Source: a virus
Virus record (IMG/VR): IMGVR_UViG_3300045988_025287
Coordinates: 1-64,000 of that record
DNA: 64,000 bases
Strand: one strand, 5' to 3'
Shown here: piece after piece, positions 53,932-63,432 of the stretch
Layout of the letters: each line of letters starts with the position of its first letter
How positions within the stretch are numbered: position 1 is the stretch's first letter
Program-made: the position numbers and the translations under genes
Notes under the pieces: generated by a model
What the model was told of the DNA's origin: nothing
Database searches by the model: none
What the model saw: the letters and a program-made list of their open reading frames with translations, nothing else

Positions 53932-56037
53932 TGATAATAACCGTATAATAAATACTATAATTATATCACAGTTCGAGAGGAGTAAAACTATAGCGTAAAT
54001 CACTCCGAGGAAGTCATGCGGTAAGGTATATAATAATACTGGTCGCACCTGTCAGGGAGTTTGGAATCATTTCTCCATAGCCCGAAAAGTTACATGATCC
54101 GAGAATATGTTAGCAGCTAAAACTGTGAGATTACTCAAAAGGTAGGATGTTAGCTTATGTAATTGAAAACTACATAAGAGGGGATAAGCGTGTACAATCC
54201 TCATTAGGAAGTGAGAACCGTTTGGAGACTTCTAAAGACGCAGTACTAAAGAGAAGACACACTGAGTGCTAAACAGTACAAAGGGAACGAAATCCCTATA
54301 TCCGTATTAGTTTATCAAAAGCAGAATCAAAAAGGGATATAAACACGATGACGAAACAGGGACAATACGGTTCCTGACTTATTCCTTTGGAAAGAATAAG
54401 TAAAGCCGAGAGGCAAAGGTTAGTTTCACCTTAAGAAGCAGCCAGCTCGTGGAAAAAAAGAGATTGCAGATAACGCATTACCGGTCTCCAAAATCGGTTA
54501 ACAAAAGCGCTACTGTGCGTCCAGAAAGGGAAACAGGCTAACTCTAGTGTTCAGTATACATCAGCTGTGATGCAATATGCAATTGTGGATATTGGAACTT
54601 ATACTTATGAAGGGAGTAAACTACTAATACTAATGTAAGGATAACCGTGTTATGGTACATACTTATACAAAGTAAGGATATGAAAGCTGGAAACGCAATG
54701 ATCCAAGAATTAAACGTGCAAACGTTAAAGCTTGACTGATTAACGTGGAGCAGGAGCCAATCCTGTACATTATCGTAAATAGTGTGCTGTAAAAGAACTT
54801 ACGTATAAGGGATGAGGTATATGAGATTGATACCATCTTTCAAGTCTAAGGTGACTCATGAGTTTTGTCGTGTAGATGAGTATAATGTATGAGAAATGAC
54901 GAGACTAAAATATAATAGTCTAAAATGCGAGTATGAGGGCGCTATAACCCTGAACTTAGAAGCGGACACCTTTAGCAAGTGTTATTACGTGGTAATAAAT
55001 AAGATTAGGAGATGCAGAGAAAACTCCTTGTAAAAAACGGCAGAGCTTAAGCATTTCAAGATATGTAAATGCCTTTGATTTATTATGCTAGTTCACACCA
55101 GAATTTTGGATAATAAACATCGTTATGGATTAAGGAAGTAAATAGAGTTATTAAAGATGCTTTAGAGTTAGAATCCTAAAACCAGTTTAGTAATAATTAT
55201 AGTATATGATGATATACTTAATGAATCAATTTTACTTACGCTGAGTAGAGTCAGCTATGACAAAATGAACTCTAATTATTTAACTTTTTAATTAATTGGG
55301 AAGTCCAATGATAGTACAGAGATTTCAAACTACTATTGTAAAGTAGGAGTTAAGGAGTACGAGTCACCCCGACTGCCAACCGACATTGCTGACTGTTAAG
55401 ACACTCGTAAAGTACAATGCGCAACATTGTATGTGAGAGAACGCTGAGTCGTTAGTTACCTGTGTTGTTTCTTACACTGTCTCTGTAAGGGCAATAGTAC
55501 ACTTATGATGAAAGTATTCCATAAGCAAACAAGGAGACGATGATAGGTGGAAATCCTAATGTTCGTGCAGTATAAACAAACAAATCCTGGAAATGGTATA
55601 GATGGGTCATGCTATAAGCAATGAGTCTATGATTTTAGTAATGTTAGATTAAACAACCGTAATTCTAGCGAATTTCGATAATATCCGGACATACTCAGTA
55701 GGTTCTAAGGAACTGATGATAAAGTGGCTTATATCGCATCTAATCGCGTTATACGCTTACGGTGAGGGGTGCGTTAAGCATCGAAGGAATTGAATCTTAA
55801 CCGTCGAAACGGGACGTTAAAACAAAAAATATCAGAAATTATCAGAAGTAACTCACAGAGTATTTCTCATAAATTTTCAATTTATTATTTTTATGCTTAG
55901 TAGATTATGTGATTGAGTTCACCTATTCCAATTTTGAATAGCTATTAAATAATCGAACGGTGGAGAGACTTTAACAATTTTTTGTATAACTATGTTCGTA
56001 TTGGTATATCAAGTACGGACTCAAAAAGGAACATTTT
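53932..56037 (+). ncRNA. 2.1-kb ORF-free, helix-rich tract: candidate large structured RNA(s)
   Basis: No ORF of 60 aa or more in any frame. All three stop types recur in the two plus frames I read across 54001-54190. Helices at 53979-54006, 54154-54178, 54378-54400 and 54723-54745. Many GAAA-type loops. Strand assignment is tentative. Confidence 0.5.
55831..55847 (+). promoter_or_regulatory. Phased ATCAGA repeat (ATCAGAAATTATCAGAA), copy 1
   Basis: Identical 17-mer at 63971-63987. About 190 nt upstream of gene 56038. Confidence 0.4.
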
Positions 56038-56664
56038 ATGGAAAATAATATTAATGGAGCTAACACTCCGGGTTTAGCAGCTCAAATTTTAGCTCGCTAT
56101 CGGCAAACAGCCCAGAAGTTTGGGCCTTTCTTTGGACAGCAGATATTTACAATCGTAGCACAGACTCCTGACCTTAAGTGGAAAGAAGATGTAGCTACAG
56201 GTAAGAATACTTTCCGTCAGGAAGTAAAAGCTTATATTCTCAAGGCTATTGATGTTGAGTCAGTTAGTTTACTTGAGAAGGATGTTGATGGACGTCCGAA
56301 AATCATCTTGAATGAAAAGAAGAATGATCCATCATTAGTTTTTGAGCTTGCTGATCCTGAATTTACTAAAGCAACCCGGCAGAATGTAATTGAATGTATT
56401 GAACGGTTGAGTAAACCAGGCTCTAAGCCTATGTTCTTTACAGCTGAAGAACTTCCTATGTTGAATGACTTAACTAAGTTATCCAACCAGAGTGTGTTGA
56501 ACTTCTATGAAGAAATGACACGTAAGTGTATGCAGTTAGCTGAAACTGTCCGTGGTTATATGGATATGAATCAGCGTATGCAGGTTGAGTATTTACGGCA
56601 GTGCGGTTTAGATAATCAGGAAACTGAAATTCACGTAACTGCTACAATTACTGAAGAAAAATAG
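56038..56664 (+). CDS. Hypothetical protein, 208 aa, ending in TAG TAG
   Basis: Track ORF. The next ORF is in the same frame. Confidence 0.55.
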   Translation: MENNINGANTPGLAAQILARYRQTAQKFGPFFGQQIFTIVAQTPDLKWKEDVATGKNTFRQEVKAYILKAIDVESVSLLEKDVDGRPKIILNEKKNDPSLVFELADPEFTKATRQNVIECIERLSKPGSKPMFFTAEELPMLNDLTKLSNQSVLNFYEEMTRKCMQLAETVRGYMDMNQRMQVEYLRQCGLDNQETEIHVTATITEEK

Positions 56665-56673
56665 TAGAAGCTT

Positions 56674-57237
56674 ATGAACGGCAGACTTTCTTCATTACGT
56701 GTAGAACTTCTGCGAATTCTAATATGTTCTGAGCCAGCCATATTGTCTAAAATTCAGATTTGGAATGGAGGACGTACAGAAACGCCTAAAAAAGTAAGTA
56801 TTAGAGAAGATGGACGGGTCTTCCTATTTTACGGAAGTGGGCCATTATGGTGGCAAAGATTATTTAATACTTATGAATCGGTAAGTATTATAGATGCTTC
56901 TATTAGTATAGCAGATGCAATCACTGGGTCGAATTCGACTCGAAATGAATTTGCTTTTAACGAGATTACTAAGAGTATAATCGACGAAGCAAAGAAACGT
57001 AAGGATTTCGATTGTATTGTTGATATTTTGTTTGATTGTATGAGGAATTGTTCAGATGGGGAACTACATTCCAAATGGATTAATCAAGAGAATATCAAAA
57101 AATATGCAAGAGAAAATGGTATAACCAATGTTGAAGACATTAACCTTGAAGGGCTTAATGGAATAGTTGGAATTAAGACTGGTGGACGGGTTATTCCTAT
57201 AGTACTCGGCCAGTTAAGAAAATTTAGAAAATATTGA
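56674..57237 (+). CDS. Hypothetical protein, 187 aa (or C-terminal extension of 56038..56664 if TAG is read through)
   Basis: Track ORF. Same frame as 56038..56664, separated by TAG TAG AAG CTT. Confidence 0.5.
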   Translation: MNGRLSSLRVELLRILICSEPAILSKIQIWNGGRTETPKKVSIREDGRVFLFYGSGPLWWQRLFNTYESVSIIDASISIADAITGSNSTRNEFAFNEITKSIIDEAKKRKDFDCIVDILFDCMRNCSDGELHSKWINQENIKKYARENGITNVEDINLEGLNGIVGIKTGGRVIPIVLGQLRKFRKY

Positions 57238-57330
57238 TTTGGATATTATCTTAAAACAACATAATTTCATAGTACTGAACTGGGTACTATTTATAGTAAT
57301 TACTGCTGAATTGGGCAGTTATTACTACAC

Positions 57331-57404
57331 AGTTCCTTAGCTCAACTGAATAGAGCAACACACTTCTAATGTGTAGGTTATGGGTTTGAATCCCATAGGA
57401 ACTA
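57331..57404 (+). tRNA. tRNA-Arg (anticodon UCU)
   Basis: Acceptor AGTTCCT/AGGAACT, D arm GCTC-AACTGAATA-GAGC, anticodon stem ACACA/TGTGT with loop CTTCTAA, T arm ATGGG-TTTGAAT-CCCAT. Confidence 0.85.
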
Positions 57405-57459
57405 CTACTGGTAGATGTAGTTTGGTCGAGTATTTAACATTTAAAAAACATTAATCAAT

Positions 57460-57987
57460 ATGAAATCAATTACATCAATATATTTGCTCGGAGATAAGAA
57501 TAAAGGTAAAATCGGTCGTATTAAGGAAATTTCTAATGAAATTACTTTCTATTGGAATAAGATTAAAGAAGAAAATGTTATTCCGAAAGAAGCTAAACGT
57601 AATTATGACTTAAAAGCATTACTTCAGAAGATTGAAGCTCTATCTGAAGAACGTATATTATTAAAACTGTATATGCAGTGTATTAATATGGGTTATAAGA
57701 AGTTTACAGAATTACCAAAGGATAATAATTATCTTAATATCTTTACTTTATGTGAAAAGACTGAACAGCTGTTTCATTTAAGTAAGATCAAGACTCTTGA
57801 TCCGAAGCTTAAGCGTTCTAAAGGAAAGAAGAACTTAGATAAAACTGAAGAACTTACTTCAGCTTATATTGCAGGTCTAAAAAATAAATTACAATTAGAA
57901 ATTAACAAAATTAATAAAGATATTACAGATTTTAATGAGAAGGCAGAGCTTAACATTGAAGCTCCAGCTTTATCATTAGCTGCATAA
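57460..57987 (+). CDS. Hypothetical protein, 175 aa, C-terminus ...PALSLAA
   Basis: Track ORF. Confidence 0.55.
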   Translation: MKSITSIYLLGDKNKGKIGRIKEISNEITFYWNKIKEENVIPKEAKRNYDLKALLQKIEALSEERILLKLYMQCINMGYKKFTELPKDNNYLNIFTLCEKTEQLFHLSKIKTLDPKLKRSKGKKNLDKTEELTSAYIAGLKNKLQLEINKINKDITDFNEKAELNIEAPALSLAA

Positions 57988-58048
57988 ATAATGTTTAAAG
58001 GGGGAATCCCCCTTTAAACTAGTATTAACAATTTAATTATCAAAAATT

Positions 58049-58840
58049 ATGAAAAAGATATTAGCAAAGAAAAATAATAGAACCGGTATAAAGAACCATA
58101 GAAGTAACAAGAATAAGTTTCGTAGAAGCTATAAGGCTTATCAAATAATGACGGTAAGCAAGAAACCGGGACCATCTGGAGTCATTAAATATGACGAGAA
58201 TGGGAAAGTAATAGGATTTGTAAAGTGGGCAGGAAATAAGAAGCAATCTGAATATACCACTAAAGTAGCAAAAGACGCTATGAATGAAAACAAATCTATA
58301 AAACAATCTAAAAAAGAATTAATCAAGAATATTCTTATGAAAGCAGGATATGATCCTACAATACGATATACCCGTAAAGAGAAGAAACATTTTACGCGTA
58401 TAGTTAAGAACAATATGTTCACTAAACCTAAAGCTATTACGTTAACAACTGAACAAATCAAAGAGAAGATAAAAGCAGATAAACTTGCAAGAAAATCTAT
58501 GCAGGCTAAATTTGATGAGTCAGTACGTAGTAATCCTTTAACTCCTAAGAAAGGTAAACAGACAGCTCCTAGTGCTGCAGAGTTGTCTATTAAAGAAAAG
58601 CCTAATAAAAGAAATTTCCAATATGCTATACAAAGAAGATGCTCTGATAACGATATGAAAGTATACGATTTTGCTACTGGAAACTTTGAAGCATCTACCA
58701 GAGATGAAGCAAAGAATAAAGCTGCTAAATTAGCTAAAAAGTACAAGAAAGATACATCATTTACAGGAGTAACAGTAAAGGATATTGAAGGAGATAACAG
58801 TATAACTTATTATAGTCGTAATAAGTTATTAGCAGCATAA
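58049..58840 (+). CDS. Lys-rich basic protein, 263 aa, C-terminus ...RNKLLAA
   Basis: Track ORF. The 201-aa antisense ORF 58141..58746 is rejected as a K-codon mirror artefact. Confidence 0.55.
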   Translation: MKKILAKKNNRTGIKNHRSNKNKFRRSYKAYQIMTVSKKPGPSGVIKYDENGKVIGFVKWAGNKKQSEYTTKVAKDAMNENKSIKQSKKELIKNILMKAGYDPTIRYTRKEKKHFTRIVKNNMFTKPKAITLTTEQIKEKIKADKLARKSMQAKFDESVRSNPLTPKKGKQTAPSAAELSIKEKPNKRNFQYAIQRRCSDNDMKVYDFATGNFEASTRDEAKNKAAKLAKKYKKDTSFTGVTVKDIEGDNSITYYSRNKLLAA

Positions 58841-58880
58841 AAAACTAATAATATTTCTGTTTCCATGTTTTAAACTGGTT

Positions 58881-58951
58881 TCTCATGTAGCTCAGTGGTA
58901 GAGCCGCTACTATGTAGTGTGAACGCGTTGGTTCGAGTCCAACCATGAGAT
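58881..58951 (+). tRNA. Non-canonical tRNA-like gene; central triplet UAU (Ile-like) if it folds as a tRNA
   Basis: Good acceptor TCTCATG/CATGAGA, D arm GCTC-AGTGGTA-GAGC and T arm GTTGG-TTCGAGT-CCAAC. The anticodon region CGCTAC-TAT-GTAGTG forms a 6-bp stem with a 3-nt loop (or 4 bp plus loop ACTATGT, with C at position 33). Confidence 0.45.
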
Positions 58952-58973
58952 CTAACTTTTAAATACTTATAAT

Positions 58974-60953
58974 ATGATTATACGAGGAAAGATAGTCTAC
59001 GTATATGATATTGAGGTATTTCAAAATATCTTTCATTGTTCGGTAAAAAATACAGAAACAAACGACATCTATAAGTTTGAGATATCAGAGAGGAAAAATC
59101 AACTAAGAGAATTAGTTAAATTCTTTAAACAGGTAGATAAATATATTACTTGGGGAGATTATTATACTACAAATATTAATATTCCAGCAAATATTATATT
59201 CTGTGGTTATAATAACTTGCATTATGATAATCCTATAATCAATTATATAATTGAATATGAAGATAAATTAATGCAATATAATATACCTACTATATGTAGT
59301 TCTATATTTAACCTAAGTAAAACTATAACTACTTCGAGTGAAGATAATATAGATGCATGGAAGCATTGGAAGTATCAGATATGGTTTGATACTTTTGATA
59401 TTCTTACTATGTTATATTCTAATAAACTTAGAGTAGGTTTAAAGGAAATTCAAGTAACAATGCAATATCCTAATGTACAGGAATTTGTATGTGATTGGAC
59501 TAAACCTCTTCCTTTAGAAGATTTTGACTCTATGATAGATTATAATATTAATGATATTGAATCTACTTCAGAATTATTAAATAGATGTAAGAAAGACATT
59601 GATTTACGAATCGCTATTGAAGATGAGTATGGAGTAAGAGTACTTAGTAAAGATGGCGTAAATATTGGAATAAAGATTTTAACTCAGAAATATCTAGAAA
59701 AGACAGGTTTAACTTGGCAGGATATTAAAGATTTAAGATCTCCAATGAGTGTAATACCATTGAAAGATGTAATATTACCATTTATTAAATATGATAGCCC
59801 TATTCTGCAAAGAGTATTAGATGATATGAAAAATCAGATAGTATCTCCAGGTAGAAAAGGATATGAGAATAAGTTTGTATTTAATAATTTACGCTATTCT
59901 GTAGGAGTAGGAGGTATTCATTCTGTGAATAGTCCTGAAATCATTATTCCTAGAGATGATGAAATGCTTATAGATATAGATGTAGCTTCTCTATACCCAA
60001 GTATGCTTATAGAATATGAATTCTATCCTAAACATTTAGGTAAAGAATTCCTAGAAGTATATAAGCAAATTAAAGATGAGCGAATTGAAGCTAAACACAA
60101 CGGCGATAAAGTAAAAAATGAAACTTTAAAGTTAGCTTTAAATGGTTTATCAGGTAACTTACAGAATGAACATAATTTCTGTTATGCCCCCGAAGCTGCT
60201 ATGAAAATTAGAATCAACGGACAGTTACTATTACTTATGTTAGCTGAAAAATTAACTCAAATTGGATGCCGAATCGTCCAAGCAAATACTGATGGTTTAT
60301 TCGTCTTACTAAAGAAAGATATATATTCTAAAGTAAACAGTATTTGTAGAGAATGGGAACAGCTTACTAAACTTACTTTAGAAGAAGATCGTTTTAAAGC
60401 AATGTATCAATATGCTATTAATGATTATTTTGCTATTACTGAAGATAACAAAGTAAAAGAGAAAGGAATGTTTATTACTACTGTAAAATTAGGTAAAGGA
60501 TTAACTCCAAAGATTATACCTAAAGCAGTAATAAGTTTCTTTAAAGATGGAATATCAGTTGAAGATACAATTAAGAATTGTACAGATATAAGAGATTTTC
60601 TAATGTCTGAGAAAACTGGTAAACAATGGCATGTTGAATATATGAACGAGGAGCAACAAAGAACTAATCGTTTCTACGCATCTACTAATGGTGGATACTT
60701 GTGGAAATGGAAAGATACTGGTCATAAAGAAGGTGAAATTATAACATATACTGAGCCATACGTAGGAGAACGTAAATATAAGGCTTCTGCAAGACAGTAT
60801 CAGAATATGCTTACTGCATCTGGTGTTACTCTTCTAAATAAATTTGATAATAAACCAATTGAAGAAAGAAAGATTAATTATAGGTATTATATTATGGAAG
60901 CCTATAAGATAATCAGAGATTTAAAACCGTTACAATTGAGCCTATGGGATTAA
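58974..60953 (+). CDS. Family B DNA polymerase, 659 aa
   Basis: Exo I YVYDIEVF, Exo II NLHYDNPII, Exo III YNINDIEST. Pol motif A DVASLYPSM, motif B KLALNGLSGN, motif C QANTDGLF. Confidence 0.85.
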   Translation: MIIRGKIVYVYDIEVFQNIFHCSVKNTETNDIYKFEISERKNQLRELVKFFKQVDKYITWGDYYTTNINIPANIIFCGYNNLHYDNPIINYIIEYEDKLMQYNIPTICSSIFNLSKTITTSSEDNIDAWKHWKYQIWFDTFDILTMLYSNKLRVGLKEIQVTMQYPNVQEFVCDWTKPLPLEDFDSMIDYNINDIESTSELLNRCKKDIDLRIAIEDEYGVRVLSKDGVNIGIKILTQKYLEKTGLTWQDIKDLRSPMSVIPLKDVILPFIKYDSPILQRVLDDMKNQIVSPGRKGYENKFVFNNLRYSVGVGGIHSVNSPEIIIPRDDEMLIDIDVASLYPSMLIEYEFYPKHLGKEFLEVYKQIKDERIEAKHNGDKVKNETLKLALNGLSGNLQNEHNFCYAPEAAMKIRINGQLLLLMLAEKLTQIGCRIVQANTDGLFVLLKKDIYSKVNSICREWEQLTKLTLEEDRFKAMYQYAINDYFAITEDNKVKEKGMFITTVKLGKGLTPKIIPKAVISFFKDGISVEDTIKNCTDIRDFLMSEKTGKQWHVEYMNEEQQRTNRFYASTNGGYLWKWKDTGHKEGEIITYTEPYVGERKYKASARQYQNMLTASGVTLLNKFDNKPIEERKINYRYYIMEAYKIIRDLKPLQLSLWD

Positions 60954-61010
60954 CAGAGGCTTATCAGATATATTTCAGATAAACCATAAGCTTATATAAT
61001 ATATAAGACT

Positions 61011-61580
61011 ATGATTTTAGAAATAGACACTTCTATCTTAGATAGAATACCAAAACTATCTATTAATCAATTAGTATTCCTAACACTTGTATTGAATGAT
61101 ATCAAAACAATCAATCAAGACATTCAGAGACTTCTCAGCCTAGTTAATGAAGAAGAAATACAAGAGTTAGAGACTCAAGGTTTAATCTCTATCCAGTATG
61201 ATAGAGATACTCAAGTCATAAGTAAAACAGAGAAACTAGAAGAACTTCTTAAAGAAGATAAAGCTATGTTTGATATGTTCTATGACCAATTTCCAGTTTA
61301 TGTTATGAGACCTGATGGAACTAAAGGATTTCTCAGAGCTAATGTAAACAAATGTAGGAAAGAATATAACCACATTGTAGGCAAATCTAAAGCAATGCAT
61401 GAACATATCATGAATTGTTTAAAATACGAAATAGATGAGCGTATGCGTACAGGTAAAATAGGTTATATGAAAACTATGTGGAAATGGCTCACTCAACGTG
61501 AGTGGGAAACTATTGAGGAACAAATGAAAGTAGAAACTCCTAACCAAAATTACTATAATTATGGAGAATATATCTACTAA
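61011..61580 (+). CDS. Hypothetical replication-module protein, 189 aa
   Basis: Track ORF between the polymerase and the helicase. Confidence 0.5.
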   Translation: MILEIDTSILDRIPKLSINQLVFLTLVLNDIKTINQDIQRLLSLVNEEEIQELETQGLISIQYDRDTQVISKTEKLEELLKEDKAMFDMFYDQFPVYVMRPDGTKGFLRANVNKCRKEYNHIVGKSKAMHEHIMNCLKYEIDERMRTGKIGYMKTMWKWLTQREWETIEEQMKVETPNQNYYNYGEYIY

Positions 61581-62347
61581 AACACTAACATTTAGACATA
61601 TATCCTCTGCTACTAACGAAGCAGTAGAATATATTCGTAAGAGAAAGAATCATGAGATTGTTTCTTTACGTACTAGATGGAGTAAGTTTAATAAATCCTG
61701 TATGGGAGGCATTGAACCTAATACTATATATACTATTGTAGGTATATCTGGTAGCGGTAAGAGTTCATTTGTAAATACGCTTGAAAGTGATTTAATAGAC
61801 TTAAATTCTAATCAGGATGTAGTAGTACTTAATTTTTCATTTGAAATGTTAAGTTCTAGACAAGTAGGTAGAAAATTGAGCAGTAAGTTAAGGCAAACTA
61901 CTGCTCAGCTATATAGTTCTAGTAGTGATTTAGACAATACACTATTAGAAGAAGTAGAACAAACCTCTCAACAGATAAAATCATATCCGATATATTATGT
62001 AGATACACCGGGTACTGTTGCAGATATAGCATCTACCATTGATTACTTTTATGAGAATAAAGCTAAAGGCAAGAAATTTGTGATTATACTTGATCATACT
62101 TTACTTGTTGAAGGGCAAAATCGTGAAAGTGCACTACAAGTGATTTCCGATTTACAGAAACTGTTTATTAGAGTAAAGAAGTTTCCTGATACTACAATAA
62201 TACAGTTATCACAGATGAATCGTAATATCGAAAATCCTGAAAGAATTAATAATCCATCTATGCATTATCCAATGCGTAGCGATATATCTTCTGCTGATAC
62301 TATCTTTCATGCATCAGATTACGTTATATGTATTCATAGGCCAGAAT
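61561..62347 (+). CDS. DnaB-like replicative helicase, exon 1
   Basis: Walker A GISGSGKSS, FSFEM, ILDH, QLSQMNR, SDISSADTIFHASDYVICIHRPE. The frame then hits TAA while the expected C-terminal strand is still missing. Confidence 0.75.
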
Positions 62348-63224
62348 AAATAAAGCTGTTCTGGATAAATCCCGTTAAACGGTGAAAACCCGATGGGGCA
62401 ACGCCGTACCAAGTTTATATAGAAATATATAAATAGTGTCTAACGACTAGTAGTGAAACTACCGCTATTAAAGCTATGTTAATAATTCTACCACGAAAGC
62501 GGGAAATATAAACTTATATATTTATTATACGTTCCATATATAGTAATAATTAAATATTCTTATATGGAACTATTAATAGACGGAAAGAAAATAAATATTA
62601 GAGATAAAAATAGAATAAAAGAAGAAAATAATACTATTCTATTCAGATGTACTATATGTGGTAAATATCTACCTATTAGTGAGTTTGAACTTCGATGGAA
62701 TAATAGTAAAACTGAAAAAAATAATGTAAGATCACAATGTAAACATTGTCGTACAGAGGAAAGTAGGCTATACCACTATTATAGAAGAAGGAAATATACT
62801 GAACAAGTAGTAAAAGAAAAAATGTTACATTATGATAAACTAAAACATGATTTAGAATATCATAATAAAATAGTATTATATAGATATGCTAAGAACCATT
62901 CAAAACGATGTAATATTGAATTTAATATTACTCCTAATGATATAATAATTCCTAAAGAATGTCCAATTCTTAAGCATGAGTTTATTTTAAATGATAAACA
63001 ATATACTTATTCTATTGATCGAATTGACAATAGTAAAGGATATATACCTGGAAATATTGCTGTTATTTCAAGATTAGCAAATATAATGAAAAATTGTGCT
63101 AACTTTGAACAATTAATATTATTTTCTGAAAATATAAAAGATTATATTAAGAAATAGTCTAAACTACACGTATAAGATGAAGGTGTAGAGTGCAAGATAA
63201 AGAGCTTGCAGAGAATACAAATTG
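62348..63224 (+). mobile_element. Putative group I intron (about 880 nt) in the helicase gene, carrying an HNH-like ORF
   Basis: The missing helicase C-terminus (SYGPNRLPVRDKVYLHILKNRDAGECSILEF) resumes in a frame open from 63176. The proposed junction GAAT|...G|TGCTC gives RPE-L-LNIQSYG. Boundaries are inferred only. Confidence 0.5.
62564..63157 (+). CDS. HNH-family homing endonuclease-like ORF (intron-encoded), 197 aa
   Basis: Cys4 N-terminus (CTICGK...CKHC) and SIDRIDNSKGYIPGNIAVISRLAN. TAG stop with TAA 5 codons later. Confidence 0.6.
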   Translation: MELLIDGKKINIRDKNRIKEENNTILFRCTICGKYLPISEFELRWNNSKTEKNNVRSQCKHCRTEESRLYHYYRRRKYTEQVVKEKMLHYDKLKHDLEYHNKIVLYRYAKNHSKRCNIEFNITPNDIIIPKECPILKHEFILNDKQYTYSIDRIDNSKGYIPGNIAVISRLANIMKNCANFEQLILFSENIKDYIKK

Positions 63225-63418
63225 TGCTCAATATACAGAGTTATGGACCAAATCGTCTACCAGTAAGAGATAAAGTTTATTTGCATATTCTAAAGAATAG
63301 AGATGCAGGTGAATGTTCTATACTTGAGTTTGATAATGACCTTAAATACAATAACTTAATTGAGACTATACGAGAAGATGAACCAGTAAGGAAGATTTCG
63401 TTTAGTAATAACAATTAA
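63225..63418 (+). CDS. DnaB-like helicase, exon 2
   Basis: VYLHILKNRDAGECSILEF matches the terminal xxxAKxRxGxxG strand of DnaB-family helicases. TAA stop. Confidence 0.55.
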
Positions 63419-63432
63419 AAAGGCTGAAAATT

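Noticed and set aside
55190-55290. A possible reverse-transcriptase YxDD motif (LVIIIVYDDIL) inside the 2.1-kb tract, which would have completed a DGR
   Set aside because: The frame is closed by TAA 10 codons upstream and about 30 codons downstream. No other RT motifs are nearby, and the match is too short to mean anything.
58141-58746. 201-aa minus-strand ORF inside the Lys-rich gene 58049..58840
   Set aside because: The F/L/S-rich sequence is typical of the antisense of AAA/AAG-rich coding DNA. It is the only minus-strand candidate in a uniformly plus-strand block.
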